58,649 nt of DNA from a virus (IMGVR_UViG_3300032232_001117:1-58649), one strand, 5' to 3'; shown: positions 27,743 to 37,453, numbered from the stretch's first letter. A program made the numbers and translations. The notes: generated from the sequence alone by a model not told the origin.

Positions 27743-28684
27743 TTGAAACACCCCGTACGCCTTTTGGCTATTTCCATATCTATTGTGTCCTTCATTGGAC
27801 TAACGACGAAAGCCGAGGCTACGGATTCCCCTCCGACTACTTCAATACCGACAAGTCCCGCGACTCCAGAAGTAAAAGCGTCGAAATACGCTGGCATGCA
27901 CCCAGAGTTAGTAACGCAACTAAAGTCAAAAAAGGCTGGTTCTATTAGGTTTTGGGAAGCAGTTTCTTGGTGCGAGACCAACCACAAATGGAATGACGGT
28001 GGTCATTTTTCTGGTGGACTAGGAATGGCGCAATCAGTTTGGGTCAATTACGGGGGGAAGCAATTCGCTTCTCGTCCATCTAAAGCAACAAAGCACGAGC
28101 AGATAATCATCGCCAACCGTGCTTCCTTCTTTGGTTTTCAAACTAAAAACATATTTAGAACTCTTGACGATAAAGAAAACAACAAGCCGTTCTTCCGACC
28201 TGCAGTTGGTTGGAGAAGTATGAAGAACTGGGGCCGGGGCTGTGTTAATTGGGAAACACGTAAACCGTTGCGAGATAGATACACCGAAGCAGGAATGGCT
28301 GAATGGAAGAAAACCAGACCAGGATACAAGGCTGCTTCGGGCAAGGTTTCCTCTCAAAGCATCAGCAGTACGCAAGTAAAAAGTTGCCCTCAGTGGGAAG
28401 CAAAACTAAAAGCGCAAGGACTTATTCCAGTAAAGAAGTTTTCGTACATCATGTGGCGAGAGTCCCGTTGTCAAGAAAAAGTTGTTTCTAAGCCGAACTC
28501 AAATGGAACGAGAGATTACGGATTGTTGCAAATCAATTCGTCATGGAGAACAGTGACCAGACAAGTGTGTGGGGGGACTAATCTCAATGTTCTACTCAAT
28601 TCAAAGTGCAACCTGAAGGTAGCCAAGTATCTTTTTGACAATGGCGGGATTGGTCATTGGAAAGCAACGAGCGGTAGTAAGTAA
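27743..28684 (+). CDS. Secreted protein with two lysozyme-like domains: Rpf-like transglycosylase and SLT/lysozyme-like domain
   Basis: AGGAG + TTG start, signal peptide ending AEA; WEAVSWCE...GGHFSGGLG...W...GG..FA.RP..AT..EQI; MWRESRC...NSNGTRDYGLLQINS. Confidence 0.85.
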   Translation: MKHPVRLLAISISIVSFIGLTTKAEATDSPPTTSIPTSPATPEVKASKYAGMHPELVTQLKSKKAGSIRFWEAVSWCETNHKWNDGGHFSGGLGMAQSVWVNYGGKQFASRPSKATKHEQIIIANRASFFGFQTKNIFRTLDDKENNKPFFRPAVGWRSMKNWGRGCVNWETRKPLRDRYTEAGMAEWKKTRPGYKAASGKVSSQSISSTQVKSCPQWEAKLKAQGLIPVKKFSYIMWRESRCQEKVVSKPNSNGTRDYGLLQINSSWRTVTRQVCGGTNLNVLLNSKCNLKVAKYLFDNGGIGHWKATSGSK

Positions 28685-28869
28685 TGCCCCGCAAAGAACT
28701 AATCAATAACTACGGGATTGAGATTCATCTCACCTGTTCCTGTGGTGAAGTTCCTTCGCACTTTATGGAAGGTCGCTCACCTCGTTGCCCCTCGTGCATG
28801 GAGATTACAAAAATCGTTGTAAAAAACCATGACGAACGCTACGGTTCGCCAATTCAAAAGACCTACTAG
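28684..28869 (+). CDS. Small Zn-ribbon protein
   Basis: CSCG...CPSC. Confidence 0.55.
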   Translation: MPRKELINNYGIEIHLTCSCGEVPSHFMEGRSPRCPSCMEITKIVVKNHDERYGSPIQKTY

Positions 28870-29150
28870 TAAATGTAAGTTTCGGCGAGGCGGGGCTTCC
28901 CGCACGGCCATTCAGCAGTCTCGGTCATGTTTCCCACTGCGTTGCATCTAGAGCACCTAGAGAGAAACTCGGGTCGTGGTGTCTTGAACACAGCAAGCCA
29001 AGTCGTCTCGTCCATCGTGTTCTTTTCTTGTTCCCATGCATGACTCAAGATGTTTGTCGCACGTTCTCCTGGAGTCCCGTCAAACGGCATAACCCAGCCA
29101 GGGGCGTATTTAGGAAGGCGGATTGTCATCTGTGTTGTCGTCCCACTCAA
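28866..29150 (-). CDS. Hypothetical protein (H...CxxC...C); start uncertain
   Basis: ORF with CSRC motif. Confidence 0.55.
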   Translation of the reverse strand: MSGTTTQMTIRLPKYAPGWVMPFDGTPGERATNILSHAWEQEKNTMDETTWLAVFKTPRPEFLSRCSRCNAVGNMTETAEWPCGKPRLAETYIY

Positions 29151-29517
29151 TAATTTCTGCGACTATTGCTTTTGTGTACTTCTTGCGTAGACGCCACAAC
29201 TTCTCGTTGAACTGTTTGAACGCCTCTGTTTGTCTCGCTTTTTGTGCGATTTTTTCATCAAAGACTCCGTACTCCTTGAAAGCAACATTCTCCAAGTCCG
29301 GGGCTTCAAAGAGAATGTCGGAAATCCAGTCTGCCCTTTTGTCCATTGCCACCATCAACTCGGCGATTCCGTCGTAACCGAACTCGTTGTACACCTTCTG
29401 TGTGACCATGTCGCAGTAGTTCTTGCGATAAAGAATGTCAGCCGTCCCTGATGCCATGAACTGAGTCAAGAACTCAGCCATTATCTCAGATGGTTCTTGG
29501 TCTTCGTTGTCTTCCAT
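29110..29517 (-). CDS. Hypothetical protein
   Basis: Acidic helical ORF starting MEDNEDQ. Confidence 0.65.
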   Translation of the reverse strand: MEDNEDQEPSEIMAEFLTQFMASGTADILYRKNYCDMVTQKVYNEFGYDGIAELMVAMDKRADWISDILFEAPDLENVAFKEYGVFDEKIAQKARQTEAFKQFNEKLWRLRKKYTKAIVAEIIEWDDNTDDNPPS

Positions 29518-29563
29518 TGTGACCCCCAATGTACCACTTCTACTATTGTGACAGGAGGGTGTG

Positions 29564-30589
29564 TCAAGCCAGTGAAAGAACAAGTGATTGGGTCTCAGCC
29601 TTTTTACGAGTAACCCAAGAGTTGTAATCCATTGACGCAATTGCTCGCTCGTCTGGCTTGGCGTCCCGATAATGGTCTAGGTATTCACCGATTGCGTTAT
29701 AGACAGACCAACCATTGAATCCGTACCCACCAGCGTTCTTGTCGTTTACATAAAGTCCTCGTACAAGCAGGTGAATGTCATCAACATTTTTCTTTTGACG
29801 CTCTGTCTCGTCTTTCCTGTGAGGGAAAACTTCGGTAATAACTTTGTCCAACTTTACTGAGCCAGCCGGGACTGGGATGCGAAGCATTGTCTCAGCCATT
29901 GAAAGGAAACTAGTAGCCCAAGTTCCTGACATTGCGATGACTTGTGCCGCATCCTCAATTGCACTGTCTGCATTACGGGTGTGTCGTGCTGTGAACACGG
30001 AGTTTGCGCTCTTCAGTCCCGCCATCACCGTATTCTTGCAGACGGCTCGGATTGATGTGTTTGCGTAGGTAATTGCTGTCTTGCCGTCATGTCCGTTGCG
30101 AACAAGCAGGTAACGCTGAATCTTGTCGTTCACGCCAGTTGGGTCAATGAAAAGTGGTCCGAGGTCAAGGCAGGCGAAGAACTCACGACCTTCGTTCAAA
30201 ACACCACAGGTATCCACGATTGCGTCGCCCTTGGAGGCCCCGACAATGTCCAAAGCCCTGTCCAAGCAGTCCTTGTTTTGCTGGATAACAAATCGTGTTC
30301 CAACAGTTGATAAACCGTCAATGGTTCCGTCTGGATTTAGGCGAACTGTTGCTCGGCTATCGGAAATGAAAACGGGGCTTCCGTCGGGGTTTCGGAGGGG
30401 GTTGAGGTTGTCGTCTACTGCGATGACCTTTGTGAGAGCCACATCAAAGTCAGCCTGAGCCGCTGCGAGCATCGCTTCTGCGGTCTGTAGCCCAGCCATT
30501 GGCTGTCCAAGTCTGTGCCAAGGGACTTCCCTGTCAGCGTAAGCCATTCGTGCTCTGCCCATTGCGTCAATTTCTAATGCGTGTGCCAT
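29564..30589 (-). CDS. DUF932 family phage/plasmid protein
   Basis: MAHALE...VPWHRLG...QQN...G.L.EGR...YLLVRNGHDG...IRAVCKNT...RHT...GWSVYNAIGEY.DH. Confidence 0.88.
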   Translation of the reverse strand: MAHALEIDAMGRARMAYADREVPWHRLGQPMAGLQTAEAMLAAAQADFDVALTKVIAVDDNLNPLRNPDGSPVFISDSRATVRLNPDGTIDGLSTVGTRFVIQQNKDCLDRALDIVGASKGDAIVDTCGVLNEGREFFACLDLGPLFIDPTGVNDKIQRYLLVRNGHDGKTAITYANTSIRAVCKNTVMAGLKSANSVFTARHTRNADSAIEDAAQVIAMSGTWATSFLSMAETMLRIPVPAGSVKLDKVITEVFPHRKDETERQKKNVDDIHLLVRGLYVNDKNAGGYGFNGWSVYNAIGEYLDHYRDAKPDERAIASMDYNSWVTRKKAETQSLVLSLA

Positions 30590-30676
30590 GCGACTAAACT
30601 TTCTAATTAGATTTACACAGAAAGCGTAGCACCTGAACGCCGGGGCCACAACTCCGCTGGGGGGCTTGTGACGGGC

Positions 30677-30886
30677 TTAGACCCAAATGTCTTCGGCGTC
30701 TAACTCGTCATCCAACTCGTTGCCCTTGTACACGCCGTTTATGCGTCTTTCAGACAGTTGAGAGAGGCTCTTGGCGTGGTGTCCGTACTTGTCCCATACG
30801 ACTTTTGCGCCGATTACTGTGAGGGAGAAGAAGGCTATCTTCAGTAGGAGCCATGAGGCTATTGCTATTTCTTGGAATATGTTCAT
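30677..30886 (-). CDS. Small membrane protein
   Basis: Leaderless ATG after a promoter element; hydrophobic N-terminus. Confidence 0.7.
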   Translation of the reverse strand: MNIFQEIAIASWLLLKIAFFSLTVIGAKVVWDKYGHHAKSLSQLSERRINGVYKGNELDDELDAEDIWV

Positions 30887-30924
30887 ACTTCATTATGCCT
30901 TGTAGTGGTTTAGACAACAACCTA

Positions 30925-30940
30925 TGTGACCAAAGTCACA
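30925..30940. promoter_or_regulatory. Consensus CRP/GlxR-type site
   Basis: TGTGA-CCAAAG-TCACA, 2 bp upstream of a promoter element. Confidence 0.65.
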
Positions 30941-31180
30941 AGTATGAAAAGTAGTGAGAAAAGTTCACTCACAGAACTCAAAACTCAAAGAAAATAATAA
31001 CGGCGGGGCTCAGCCCCATCCAAAGTGTTACCCGAAAGTAGTACGGTGGCGGAAAGCGCCTGAACTACGGTCTAGTTTTCTTCTTCCGACGCCCCGCATA
31101 CTCGGTGATGGGGTGCCACACACGCAATGCGATAAAAGCAGAGAGCAGGACGACCACGAGCCAAGGGTCAATGTTGATAC

Positions 31181-31360
31181 TTACGTCCATTTGTTGAACG
31201 CCTTTCGCACTTTGAGTCTGCGTTTCTTGAATTTCTTTCGCTCTTTGATTTTGTATCCACCGACACGGAGCAGTGTCACAATGTGTTCTGGTATTCCGTC
31301 AGTAATCACTATCCCCTTTTGGTTCAGTGCTACACGGATGATTTCCTTCTTTTCGCTCAT
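31181..31360 (-). CDS. Small basic protein (59 aa, MSEKKEIIR...)
   Basis: Read by hand; leaderless ATG after the promoter element at 31365. Confidence 0.7.
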   Translation of the reverse strand: MSEKKEIIRVALNQKGIVITDGIPEHIVTLLRVGGYKIKERKKFKKRRLKVRKAFNKWT

Positions 31361-31396
31361 AGTTCAGTATGCCGTGTAAGGGTCAAGACCACAACC

Positions 31397-33319
31397 TCAC
31401 TCTGATGTTTCCTGTCCGACACCGAGCAGACGGAGTATCAACTGGCTTGCCCCCTCAGCGTCTTCGGCGGGGCTTCCATCAACAGCCTGATTGACGACAT
31501 TCCTCTTACGCTCAATGAGTGAGTAAATGTCCTCGTCTATCGTTCCATCGCATAACAAGTAAGTCGCCGTGACGGAAGACTTCTGCCCCAATCTATGACA
31601 GCGACTATAGGTTTGGTCAATATCAGCGGGCGTCCAAGGTAACTCCACGAACAAGACATCCTGTGCGACCTGAAGGTTGTGCCCCGTTTTCGCCGCTTGG
31701 ATTGAGAGAACAATGACTGGGGCTTCTTCACATGGCAATGTCATAAACTTGTGCTTCTGCGCTTCTATCTCGTTGATGTCCATGCCACCTTGTATGCGTA
31801 AGTTCCCGAACGCAAGGGCGAGTTCATCCACTACATCTCTGTGGTGTGCGGCGATTACGACTTTGCGTCCCTCTGCGACGCGGGACTCCACCCACTCTTT
31901 GATTGCTGGCATTTTTGCTTTCGCTGACAAACGCCGCAGAACAGAGAGGCGAACCAAGTGCTGATTTGACTCTGCTTTTATTTTTGCTACGACCGCTGCA
32001 GAGTTGGGGTTTAGTCCAAGTTCTTTTGCTATCTCTTTCGCTCGTTGCACGAGGTACTCAACGATGTCAGTTTCGGCTTTTCTATATTCCTTCATACCGG
32101 CTGCAGTCCCGTCGACTAGCACGGGGTCGTGGACAACAGGTGGTAGGTCGGATAGAACTTGCTCTTTTGTACGCCGAATGTAACAAGTTGAGCGAAGTGT
32201 GTCATTCAGTTCATCAAGATTGCTGTGTCCATCAAGATGCCATTGGCCCCATTTGTCTTTGAAGGCCCCGCAGTAACGTCGGTAGAAACCCCACTCGCCT
32301 CCGAACTTATCTAACTTTCCAAGAATGTTTAGTTGGCTTGCGTACTCGGCTGGTCTGTTAGTTACTGGCGTTCCCGTCAAACACAGGATTATTCCGGATT
32401 TCGGGGCCGAACGTGCAATCTTCACTGCGCTCTTTGTTCGCTGTGCTTGAGGTGACTTGCAATAGTGGCTCTCGTCAAAGACAAAAGATTTATGGTCAAG
32501 AAGTTGCTTTTCCCAATGTTTGATGTTAGAATAACCAATAACAACTACATCGTAATCAGAAGGAAACTCTTTACGGTCTTTTACGACTGCAACCCTGATG
32601 TGTGGAAGCCACCTATTGTATTCTGCTTTCCAGTTCAGAACCAGAGTTGCGGGGCACACGACGACGGCTGGGTACGCATCATTACCTGCATGTTCTAATG
32701 TTGCAATCGCTTGCAAGGTTTTTCCCAAGCCCATCTCGTCTGCGATAAAAGTTCGCCGTGCATTACTTGCGTAAGCAACCCCTGCTCGTTGGTATGGAAG
32801 AAGCGGGAGTCCCGCCACATCAATGTCAGCGTCAGTAAGTCGTGATGCTTCTCTAAGTTCCGACAGCGATGTGTCTATCTCCTTCAACATCTCACGAACT
32901 TCGTCTGGAACTTCTTGCTTGAAGGTGTCTGCCCACTTGACTGCCTCGGCAATACTGGTTTTCGGGGCTCGCCATGCCATCGTTTTTTTATCCCATGTAA
33001 TTCCAGGAATTTGTTTGACTGACTGAATCATCACTCTGTCGTATGAGAAATGTAAAAACAGCCACTTCTCGTCGCACCTGATGCCCCGTATTTCATTCTT
33101 CCGAGAGGGGAGTGTGAAGAGCAGGACTTCGGGTTCTATTTCAAACCCATTAGTCTCTGCGAACTCTCTCACCTCGTTTATTGAGGACATCGGGGCTCGC
33201 CACACACGTGCAACCTTGTCCCACTTCGCACCCTTTATTGCCTTGACCTCTGCGACCTCTTTGGGGTCGTAAGGAGACTGCAGAACTAGGTGGTCATCAT
33301 CAAGGCTGAGTGTTTTCAC
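31397..33319 (-). CDS. SNF2-family helicase with two N-terminal HARP-like repeats (SMARCAL1/HARP-like)
   Basis: IADEMGLGKT, DESH, LTGTP, Q...R.HRLGQ; two V..VK.I.G..WDK....WRAP repeats. Confidence 0.9.
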   Translation of the reverse strand: MKTLSLDDDHLVLQSPYDPKEVAEVKAIKGAKWDKVARVWRAPMSSINEVREFAETNGFEIEPEVLLFTLPSRKNEIRGIRCDEKWLFLHFSYDRVMIQSVKQIPGITWDKKTMAWRAPKTSIAEAVKWADTFKQEVPDEVREMLKEIDTSLSELREASRLTDADIDVAGLPLLPYQRAGVAYASNARRTFIADEMGLGKTLQAIATLEHAGNDAYPAVVVCPATLVLNWKAEYNRWLPHIRVAVVKDRKEFPSDYDVVVIGYSNIKHWEKQLLDHKSFVFDESHYCKSPQAQRTKSAVKIARSAPKSGIILCLTGTPVTNRPAEYASQLNILGKLDKFGGEWGFYRRYCGAFKDKWGQWHLDGHSNLDELNDTLRSTCYIRRTKEQVLSDLPPVVHDPVLVDGTAAGMKEYRKAETDIVEYLVQRAKEIAKELGLNPNSAAVVAKIKAESNQHLVRLSVLRRLSAKAKMPAIKEWVESRVAEGRKVVIAAHHRDVVDELALAFGNLRIQGGMDINEIEAQKHKFMTLPCEEAPVIVLSIQAAKTGHNLQVAQDVLFVELPWTPADIDQTYSRCHRLGQKSSVTATYLLCDGTIDEDIYSLIERKRNVVNQAVDGSPAEDAEGASQLILRLLGVGQETSE

Positions 33320-33371
33320 GCTCGTTATTGTAGCCCAGCGTTTTGAGTTCAGAGTTGAGTGGGTACAGCAA

Positions 33372-33404
33372 AGAGCCCACCTGAGGAGGGGTCAGGTGGG
33401 CTCT
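33372..33404. terminator. GC-rich hairpin, probable terminator
   Basis: AGAGCCCACCTGA...TCAGGTGGGCTCT. Confidence 0.65.
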
Positions 33405-33427
33405 CGCTGTCTGTTGTTTGGGTGGGT

Positions 33428-33544
33428 TTATTCCTCCCAGACGTGTATTTTGTCGTCAACGCACTCCATGTCGTAGACGAGCCAAGTTTGGTATGTTATG
33501 CCACACTTGCAAGTTTCCTCACAATCAATCACTGTTACCTCCAT
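33428..33544 (-). CDS. 38-aa Cys/His microprotein (paralog of 39021..39152)
   Basis: Leaderless ATG; CKCG.TY..W...M.C...H.WEE. Confidence 0.7.
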   Translation of the reverse strand: MEVTVIDCEETCKCGITYQTWLVYDMECVDDKIHVWEE

Positions 33545-33585
33545 GTATCCATTATGCCTTGTAAGGGTAGAAATAACAACATTAG

Positions 33586-33618
33586 TTATCCACAAATTTG
33601 TCCACAGGTTTATCCACA
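33586..33618 (+). promoter_or_regulatory. Three tandem DnaA boxes
   Basis: TTATCCACA 33586, TTGTCCACA 33598, TTATCCACA 33610 (12-bp period). Confidence 0.8.
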
Positions 33619-33922
33619 GGTACACGAAGAAAGCCCGGGCCGGCCGCAGCCCCGCGTCGTACAGCGCTTCCCGAACCTATTACGGTGGCGGAAAGGAAAC
33701 AGGAATGAAAATCTAGACGCCTCACGACGGGGCTGGCGCACGCACAGAAAAAAGGGAAAAGAAAACCCCCAACGATGAAAGGTTCGTTGAGGGTTTTCCT
33801 TGTAGTCTTCCCAATCGCCGAAGAACAAAAAACTCAGTCTTTGGTTTACCACTATTAGTAAAATTACTAACTACCTTCAGTATGCCGTCTAAGAAATAAA
33901 ACGACAACCCGTAAAGTTTTGA

Positions 33923-34171
33923 TTATCTGGAAGCCCCGGGCTCGTCGCCGAGGGGGAACTCAGTGCTGTCGTCCCAGTCTTTCAACACAATGTCTTCTGT
34001 TGCCTGTGGTATTTCGTTCCTGAAGTAAGGGTCATGTGGGGAACCACGCAGTTCGTTAGCGAGGTCAGGTCGTAGTTCAGCAAGCAAGTTGAAGTAAACC
34101 TGTCCGAGCCTGAGACCCGGGGCCTCTGCCCACTCTTGTTGAGCACAGAGTTTGAATGAGTAGTAGTTCAT
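33923..34171 (-). CDS. Hypothetical phage protein (LRLGQ.YFN.L...RP...DPYF)
   Basis: Recognisable small phage-protein pattern. Confidence 0.7.
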   Translation of the reverse strand: MNYYSFKLCAQQEWAEAPGLRLGQVYFNLLAELRPDLANELRGSPHDPYFRNEIPQATEDIVLKDWDDSTEFPLGDEPGASR

Positions 34172-34354
34172 TCTGCACCCCAGTGTGCGTACTCGGATTT
34201 CTGCGTCTTCGGCAGTCCCGTGCTAAAAAGCGAAAGTAAAAAAGTAATCATTGTTGTTCACCCTCTTTCTCTGCGTCTTGGTCACACAAGTATGCGTTAG
34301 CCCAAGAGTCCATGAAGTCGTCAAAGGCTTCCATGTCTTCCCATGTCCAGTCTT

Positions 34355-34579
34355 TCATTTGATTTCCTTCTTGCACCAGTCACACCTACGTCCTCTCCAC
34401 ACAAGGGGGTCGCCCTTGTAAATGGTTTGGCTGTCGTACACCTGAAAGTTGCTGTGGCTCAGGCAGTAAATGTATCTGCCGTTACGCCACGCTTTCGGTT
34501 GGCGCTCATCGCACCCATGTGGACAATCACCTGTAATGGGTATTTCACCACATTCTTCGCATTGGATTTTCGTTGTCAT
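34355..34579 (-). CDS. Cys-rich small protein
   Basis: Leaderless ATG; CxxC, CxxxC, CxxH, CxxC. Confidence 0.7.
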   Translation of the reverse strand: MTTKIQCEECGEIPITGDCPHGCDERQPKAWRNGRYIYCLSHSNFQVYDSQTIYKGDPLVWRGRRCDWCKKEIK

Positions 34580-34618
34580 ATCTACATTATGCCTTGTAAG
34601 CAATAAAAAAACAACCTG

Positions 34619-34900
34619 TTACAAGCCTCTATTGCTGGCTCGCCACTGCGAGGGTGAGTGGTTCTGCTCTACGTCCCGTTTTTCGTTTTCGTCGTAGTAG
34701 AGACGAAGGATGTGAATACATGGGTCGCCCTCACCGAACTCTTCATCTTCTATTTCGGTTGTTGGCAAACCATCGTGTGTGTAGCAAACCGGGGCTCCGA
34801 TGAAACCAGCCTCGTAGCCGACTCGCATCCATTCCTCAAAGTTTGGTTTTTTGTTCATGACCTCAGTTGGGTCAAAGTTGTGTGCGTCTTTTCCTGCCAT
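34619..34900 (-). CDS. Conserved hypothetical protein (FEEW...G...CYTHDGLP...GDPCIH)
   Basis: ORF motif; start placed at MAGKD. Confidence 0.7.
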   Translation of the reverse strand: MAGKDAHNFDPTEVMNKKPNFEEWMRVGYEAGFIGAPVCYTHDGLPTTEIEDEEFGEGDPCIHILRLYYDENEKRDVEQNHSPSQWRASNRGL

Positions 34901-35035
34901 TAGGTGAGTGTATCGCTTATGAGGGCTTACCACAACATCTGCGAGGTTTGCGTTGCAAGAATCTTGGCTTCTGCTTTTTCTTTTTTTCTTCGTCGGGCTT
35001 AGCCCCGTCTTCGTTTTCGCTCATACCCAATAATA

Positions 35036-35072
35036 CAAGAACCCCCACCGTAAATACGAATGGGGGTTCTTG
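35036..35072. terminator. Hairpin, probable terminator
   Basis: CAAGAACCCCCA...TGGGGGTTCTTG. Confidence 0.6.
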
Positions 35073-35134
35073 CGCCTCTTGAGGGGGGTTGTTGAGGTAC
35101 TTCTTACATTAGCCTGATTATTGGGCTACTGCAA

Positions 35135-35203
35135 CTATCTGCGCCAAAGAATCATTATTGCCGAGGCGATTCCGTAGAGTGCTGTGAATATGTGGTAGGT
35201 CAT
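35135..35203 (-). CDS. 22-aa hydrophobic peptide MTYHIFTALYGIASAIMILWRR
   Basis: Leaderless ATG after the promoter element at 35208; followed by a terminator-like hairpin. Confidence 0.55.
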   Translation of the reverse strand: MTYHIFTALYGIASAIMILWRR

Positions 35204-35269
35204 ACTTTATTATGCCCTGTAAGAGACAATACGACAACCTCATTTGGGAACTTTTTTGTGGGTTCTACT

Positions 35270-35662
35270 TCAGTCGTACTGCTTGTCACACATCATTGAG
35301 CGAACTTGGTCTGCGCTCAGCAGGAAGCCCCGGGCTGGGTTATCCCCATCAAATGCAAGGCTAATCTTGTTCATTGGCTGGTTTGCCCGAAGGTATCTCT
35401 TTAGCCGTGCAACGCTGACAATGAAGAAGGAATCCGGGGCCAACCGATAAACCCACCAGTCGGCTGTAGTCACATTTATCCCTGACAACTGCCAGTCTTT
35501 GCCTGCTGGTTTCTGCTCTGTCTCAACCACCATCTTGCCGTTACGATATCTGTCTGACTTGACCTCAACAGCCCCGGCTCCAAACAGTTCCTTAGCATTG
35601 TTCTCACCTTGTTCTCCGTAGGCGAGGTCGGCGTGAAAGTCGTAGCGTGGTTCGTATCCCAT
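35270..35662 (-). CDS. PD-(D/E)xK-like phage protein
   Basis: DLAYGEQGE...VEVKSD...G..VVE...SGI..T.ADWW. Confidence 0.65.
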   Translation of the reverse strand: MGYEPRYDFHADLAYGEQGENNAKELFGAGAVEVKSDRYRNGKMVVETEQKPAGKDWQLSGINVTTADWWVYRLAPDSFFIVSVARLKRYLRANQPMNKISLAFDGDNPARGFLLSADQVRSMMCDKQYD

Positions 35663-35761
35663 GCCTTGACGCTACCACGGGGCTGCGCCCAAGGGCTTAT
35701 CTTGTTCCACCCTCAATGGCGTAAGCAAGGAAGCAGATGAGAAGTAGTAGCCCTAAGAAAC

Positions 35762-35893
35762 TCATTGTAGGTAGTTCCCGTCTTTGTCATAGTTCTGATA
35801 GCAGTAGAGGCAACGGTTATCCTCGCCTTCACCGTCCCAACCTTTTTGGTTTGAGGTGCAGTAGCAGGAGTCGTGTTCGGGTTTTATTTTCAT
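35762..35893 (-). CDS. 43-aa Cys-rich microprotein (MKIKPEHDSCYC...CLYC)
   Basis: Read by hand; leaderless ATG after the promoter element at 35898. Confidence 0.65.
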   Translation of the reverse strand: MKIKPEHDSCYCTSNQKGWDGEGEDNRCLYCYQNYDKDGNYLQ

Positions 35894-35944
35894 ACTTCAT
35901 TATGCCTTGTAAGGGTAGGAATGACAACATTTATTCCAAGAAAG

Positions 35945-35977
35945 TTATCCACAGATTTATCCACAGGTTGTGGACAC
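35945..35977. promoter_or_regulatory. DnaA-box cluster
   Basis: TTATCCACA 35945 and 35957; inverted TGTGGACAC at 35969. Confidence 0.8.
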
Positions 35978-36034
35978 AGAAAGTCAGAAACTATGTGTGG
36001 GGCCACGGCCCCGGCGTTGTCTTCTTACCTGAAA

Positions 36035-36304
36035 CTAGTACGGTGGCGGAAAGGCTGTCCACAGTAAAGACTTTGACTTCGCATAGGACTCAATGAGTGC
36101 GTCGCTCAGTGAATCTCGGGGCTCCGTCCTGACGAGTTCCACATCTTGAAGGGGGTCAGTAACCGTGACGACCCATTTGCCTGCTTGTCGCTCCATAGCA
36201 AAGTCGTAACCAAGACCATCAAAGTACTTCACATACTGTCTGTCAAAGTAGTCGTTGTCATGCCCTTTAGGATTTTCGGGGCTTTTTCCCCAAGAGGACG
36301 GCAT
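36035..36304 (-). CDS. Hypothetical protein
   Basis: 89-aa ORF. Confidence 0.55.
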   Translation of the reverse strand: MPSSWGKSPENPKGHDNDYFDRQYVKYFDGLGYDFAMERQAGKWVVTVTDPLQDVELVRTEPRDSLSDALIESYAKSKSLLWTAFPPPY

Positions 36305-36443
36305 TACTTCTTCTTACGCTTTTGCTTCTTCGGTGCGTTGGTTCTACTGGTTGGCTTTACACGCCAGTCATACAGCCCCGACAGTTTGCTGAACTTGTTA
36401 CTCATAAGTTACCTCTCTTACGGAACAGGCTAACACATGGTAC

Positions 36444-36608
36444 CTAACAGTCGCAAAGGTCGCTCACATCGCATTGACAGAAGTCCTCTGTCATCTCACA
36501 GTAGAAGCAATAGGCTCCCTGTTTGTTCTTTGGGATTTTGTGACAGGTCTTGCAGAGAGGTCGGAACATCTCATCAAGTATCTCGTCAATTCTTTTCATA
36601 GCACTCAT
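36444..36608 (-). CDS. Cys-rich small protein
   Basis: Leaderless ATG; CxxC, CxxC, CxC, CxC. Confidence 0.7.
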   Translation of the reverse strand: MSAMKRIDEILDEMFRPLCKTCHKIPKNKQGAYCFYCEMTEDFCQCDVSDLCDC

Positions 36609-36646
36609 GTATTCATTATGCCGTATAAGCGACAATAATCCAACCC

Positions 36647-36964
36647 TTACTTTGTTTTATTTCGGATTTCTTCCAACTGCTCAAGCACAGCCTCAAAGGT
36701 AGGTGCCGTTCTCCACCAGATACGCTCGCCTGGGTATTCTTCTCCGTGAGCCCCGTCGTCGGGTTGGCACTGCTCGTAGTCGCAGTTGGCATCAAAGCAT
36801 TTGTTGGGTGCGTGATACAGAGGATGGGTGATGTCGTACTCAGGAAGTGGCCCCGTCTCGTCGATTGGGTTACAGTCATCGCAAGTACATTTTGGGTTGT
36901 GTTCAGTATCCGGGGCTTCGTCCTCGTCGGTGTCCCAGTCTCCGTGAAGTAGGTCGTCAGTCAT
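36647..36964 (-). CDS. Acidic His/Cys-rich protein
   Basis: Two H...C..C..C.P repeats. Confidence 0.6.
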   Translation of the reverse strand: MTDDLLHGDWDTDEDEAPDTEHNPKCTCDDCNPIDETGPLPEYDITHPLYHAPNKCFDANCDYEQCQPDDGAHGEEYPGERIWWRTAPTFEAVLEQLEEIRNKTK

Positions 36965-37067
36965 CGTCCCCTTCTTTCAAGCACACTCGGCACTCGCCTT
37001 CGTAGTTGTCTTGGCAGTAGCAGGTGTCGGGTGTGTCCCAGTTTTCGTAGATGTCGTTGTTGTTCAT
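36957..37067 (-). CDS. 36-aa Cys microprotein (MNNNDIY...CYC...CRVC)
   Basis: Read by hand; leaderless ATG after the promoter element at 37073. Confidence 0.65.
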   Translation of the reverse strand: MNNNDIYENWDTPDTCYCQDNYEGECRVCLKEGDDD

Positions 37068-37106
37068 AACACCATTATGCCGTGTAAGGGACAGGTTCAC
37101 AACCTC

Positions 37107-37385
37107 TCACCCGACCCTTTCTAGAAGGTCGTCCACCATGTCGTCGGTGATTCCCCAGTTCTCTTGCTCTATCTCGTCCTCAATGATTCTCGTGACCGTG
37201 GCGAGGTCGCTGGCTAGGTTCGCTAGTGTCGTGTTTGACCACGGCAGGTCGGGCAGGTCGGCAGGAGTTGGGTTGGAGTAGGAAGGCATCGTGCCGAGTT
37301 TCTTCAGCAGTTCTTCCAGTTCAGCCGCCTTGTACGCGATGAGGAGAAGGTGTTCTGGGTTGGGTTTGGGGTTATGGTTGTTCAT
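37107..37385 (-). CDS. Hypothetical protein
   Basis: Leaderless ATG after a promoter element. Confidence 0.7.
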   Translation of the reverse strand: MNNHNPKPNPEHLLLIAYKAAELEELLKKLGTMPSYSNPTPADLPDLPWSNTTLANLASDLATVTRIIEDEIEQENWGITDDMVDDLLERVG

Positions 37386-37453
37386 ACATCCATTGTGCCT
37401 TGTAAGGGGTAGGGACACAACCTGCCGACTACATTTTTTTACGAAACCCTCTA

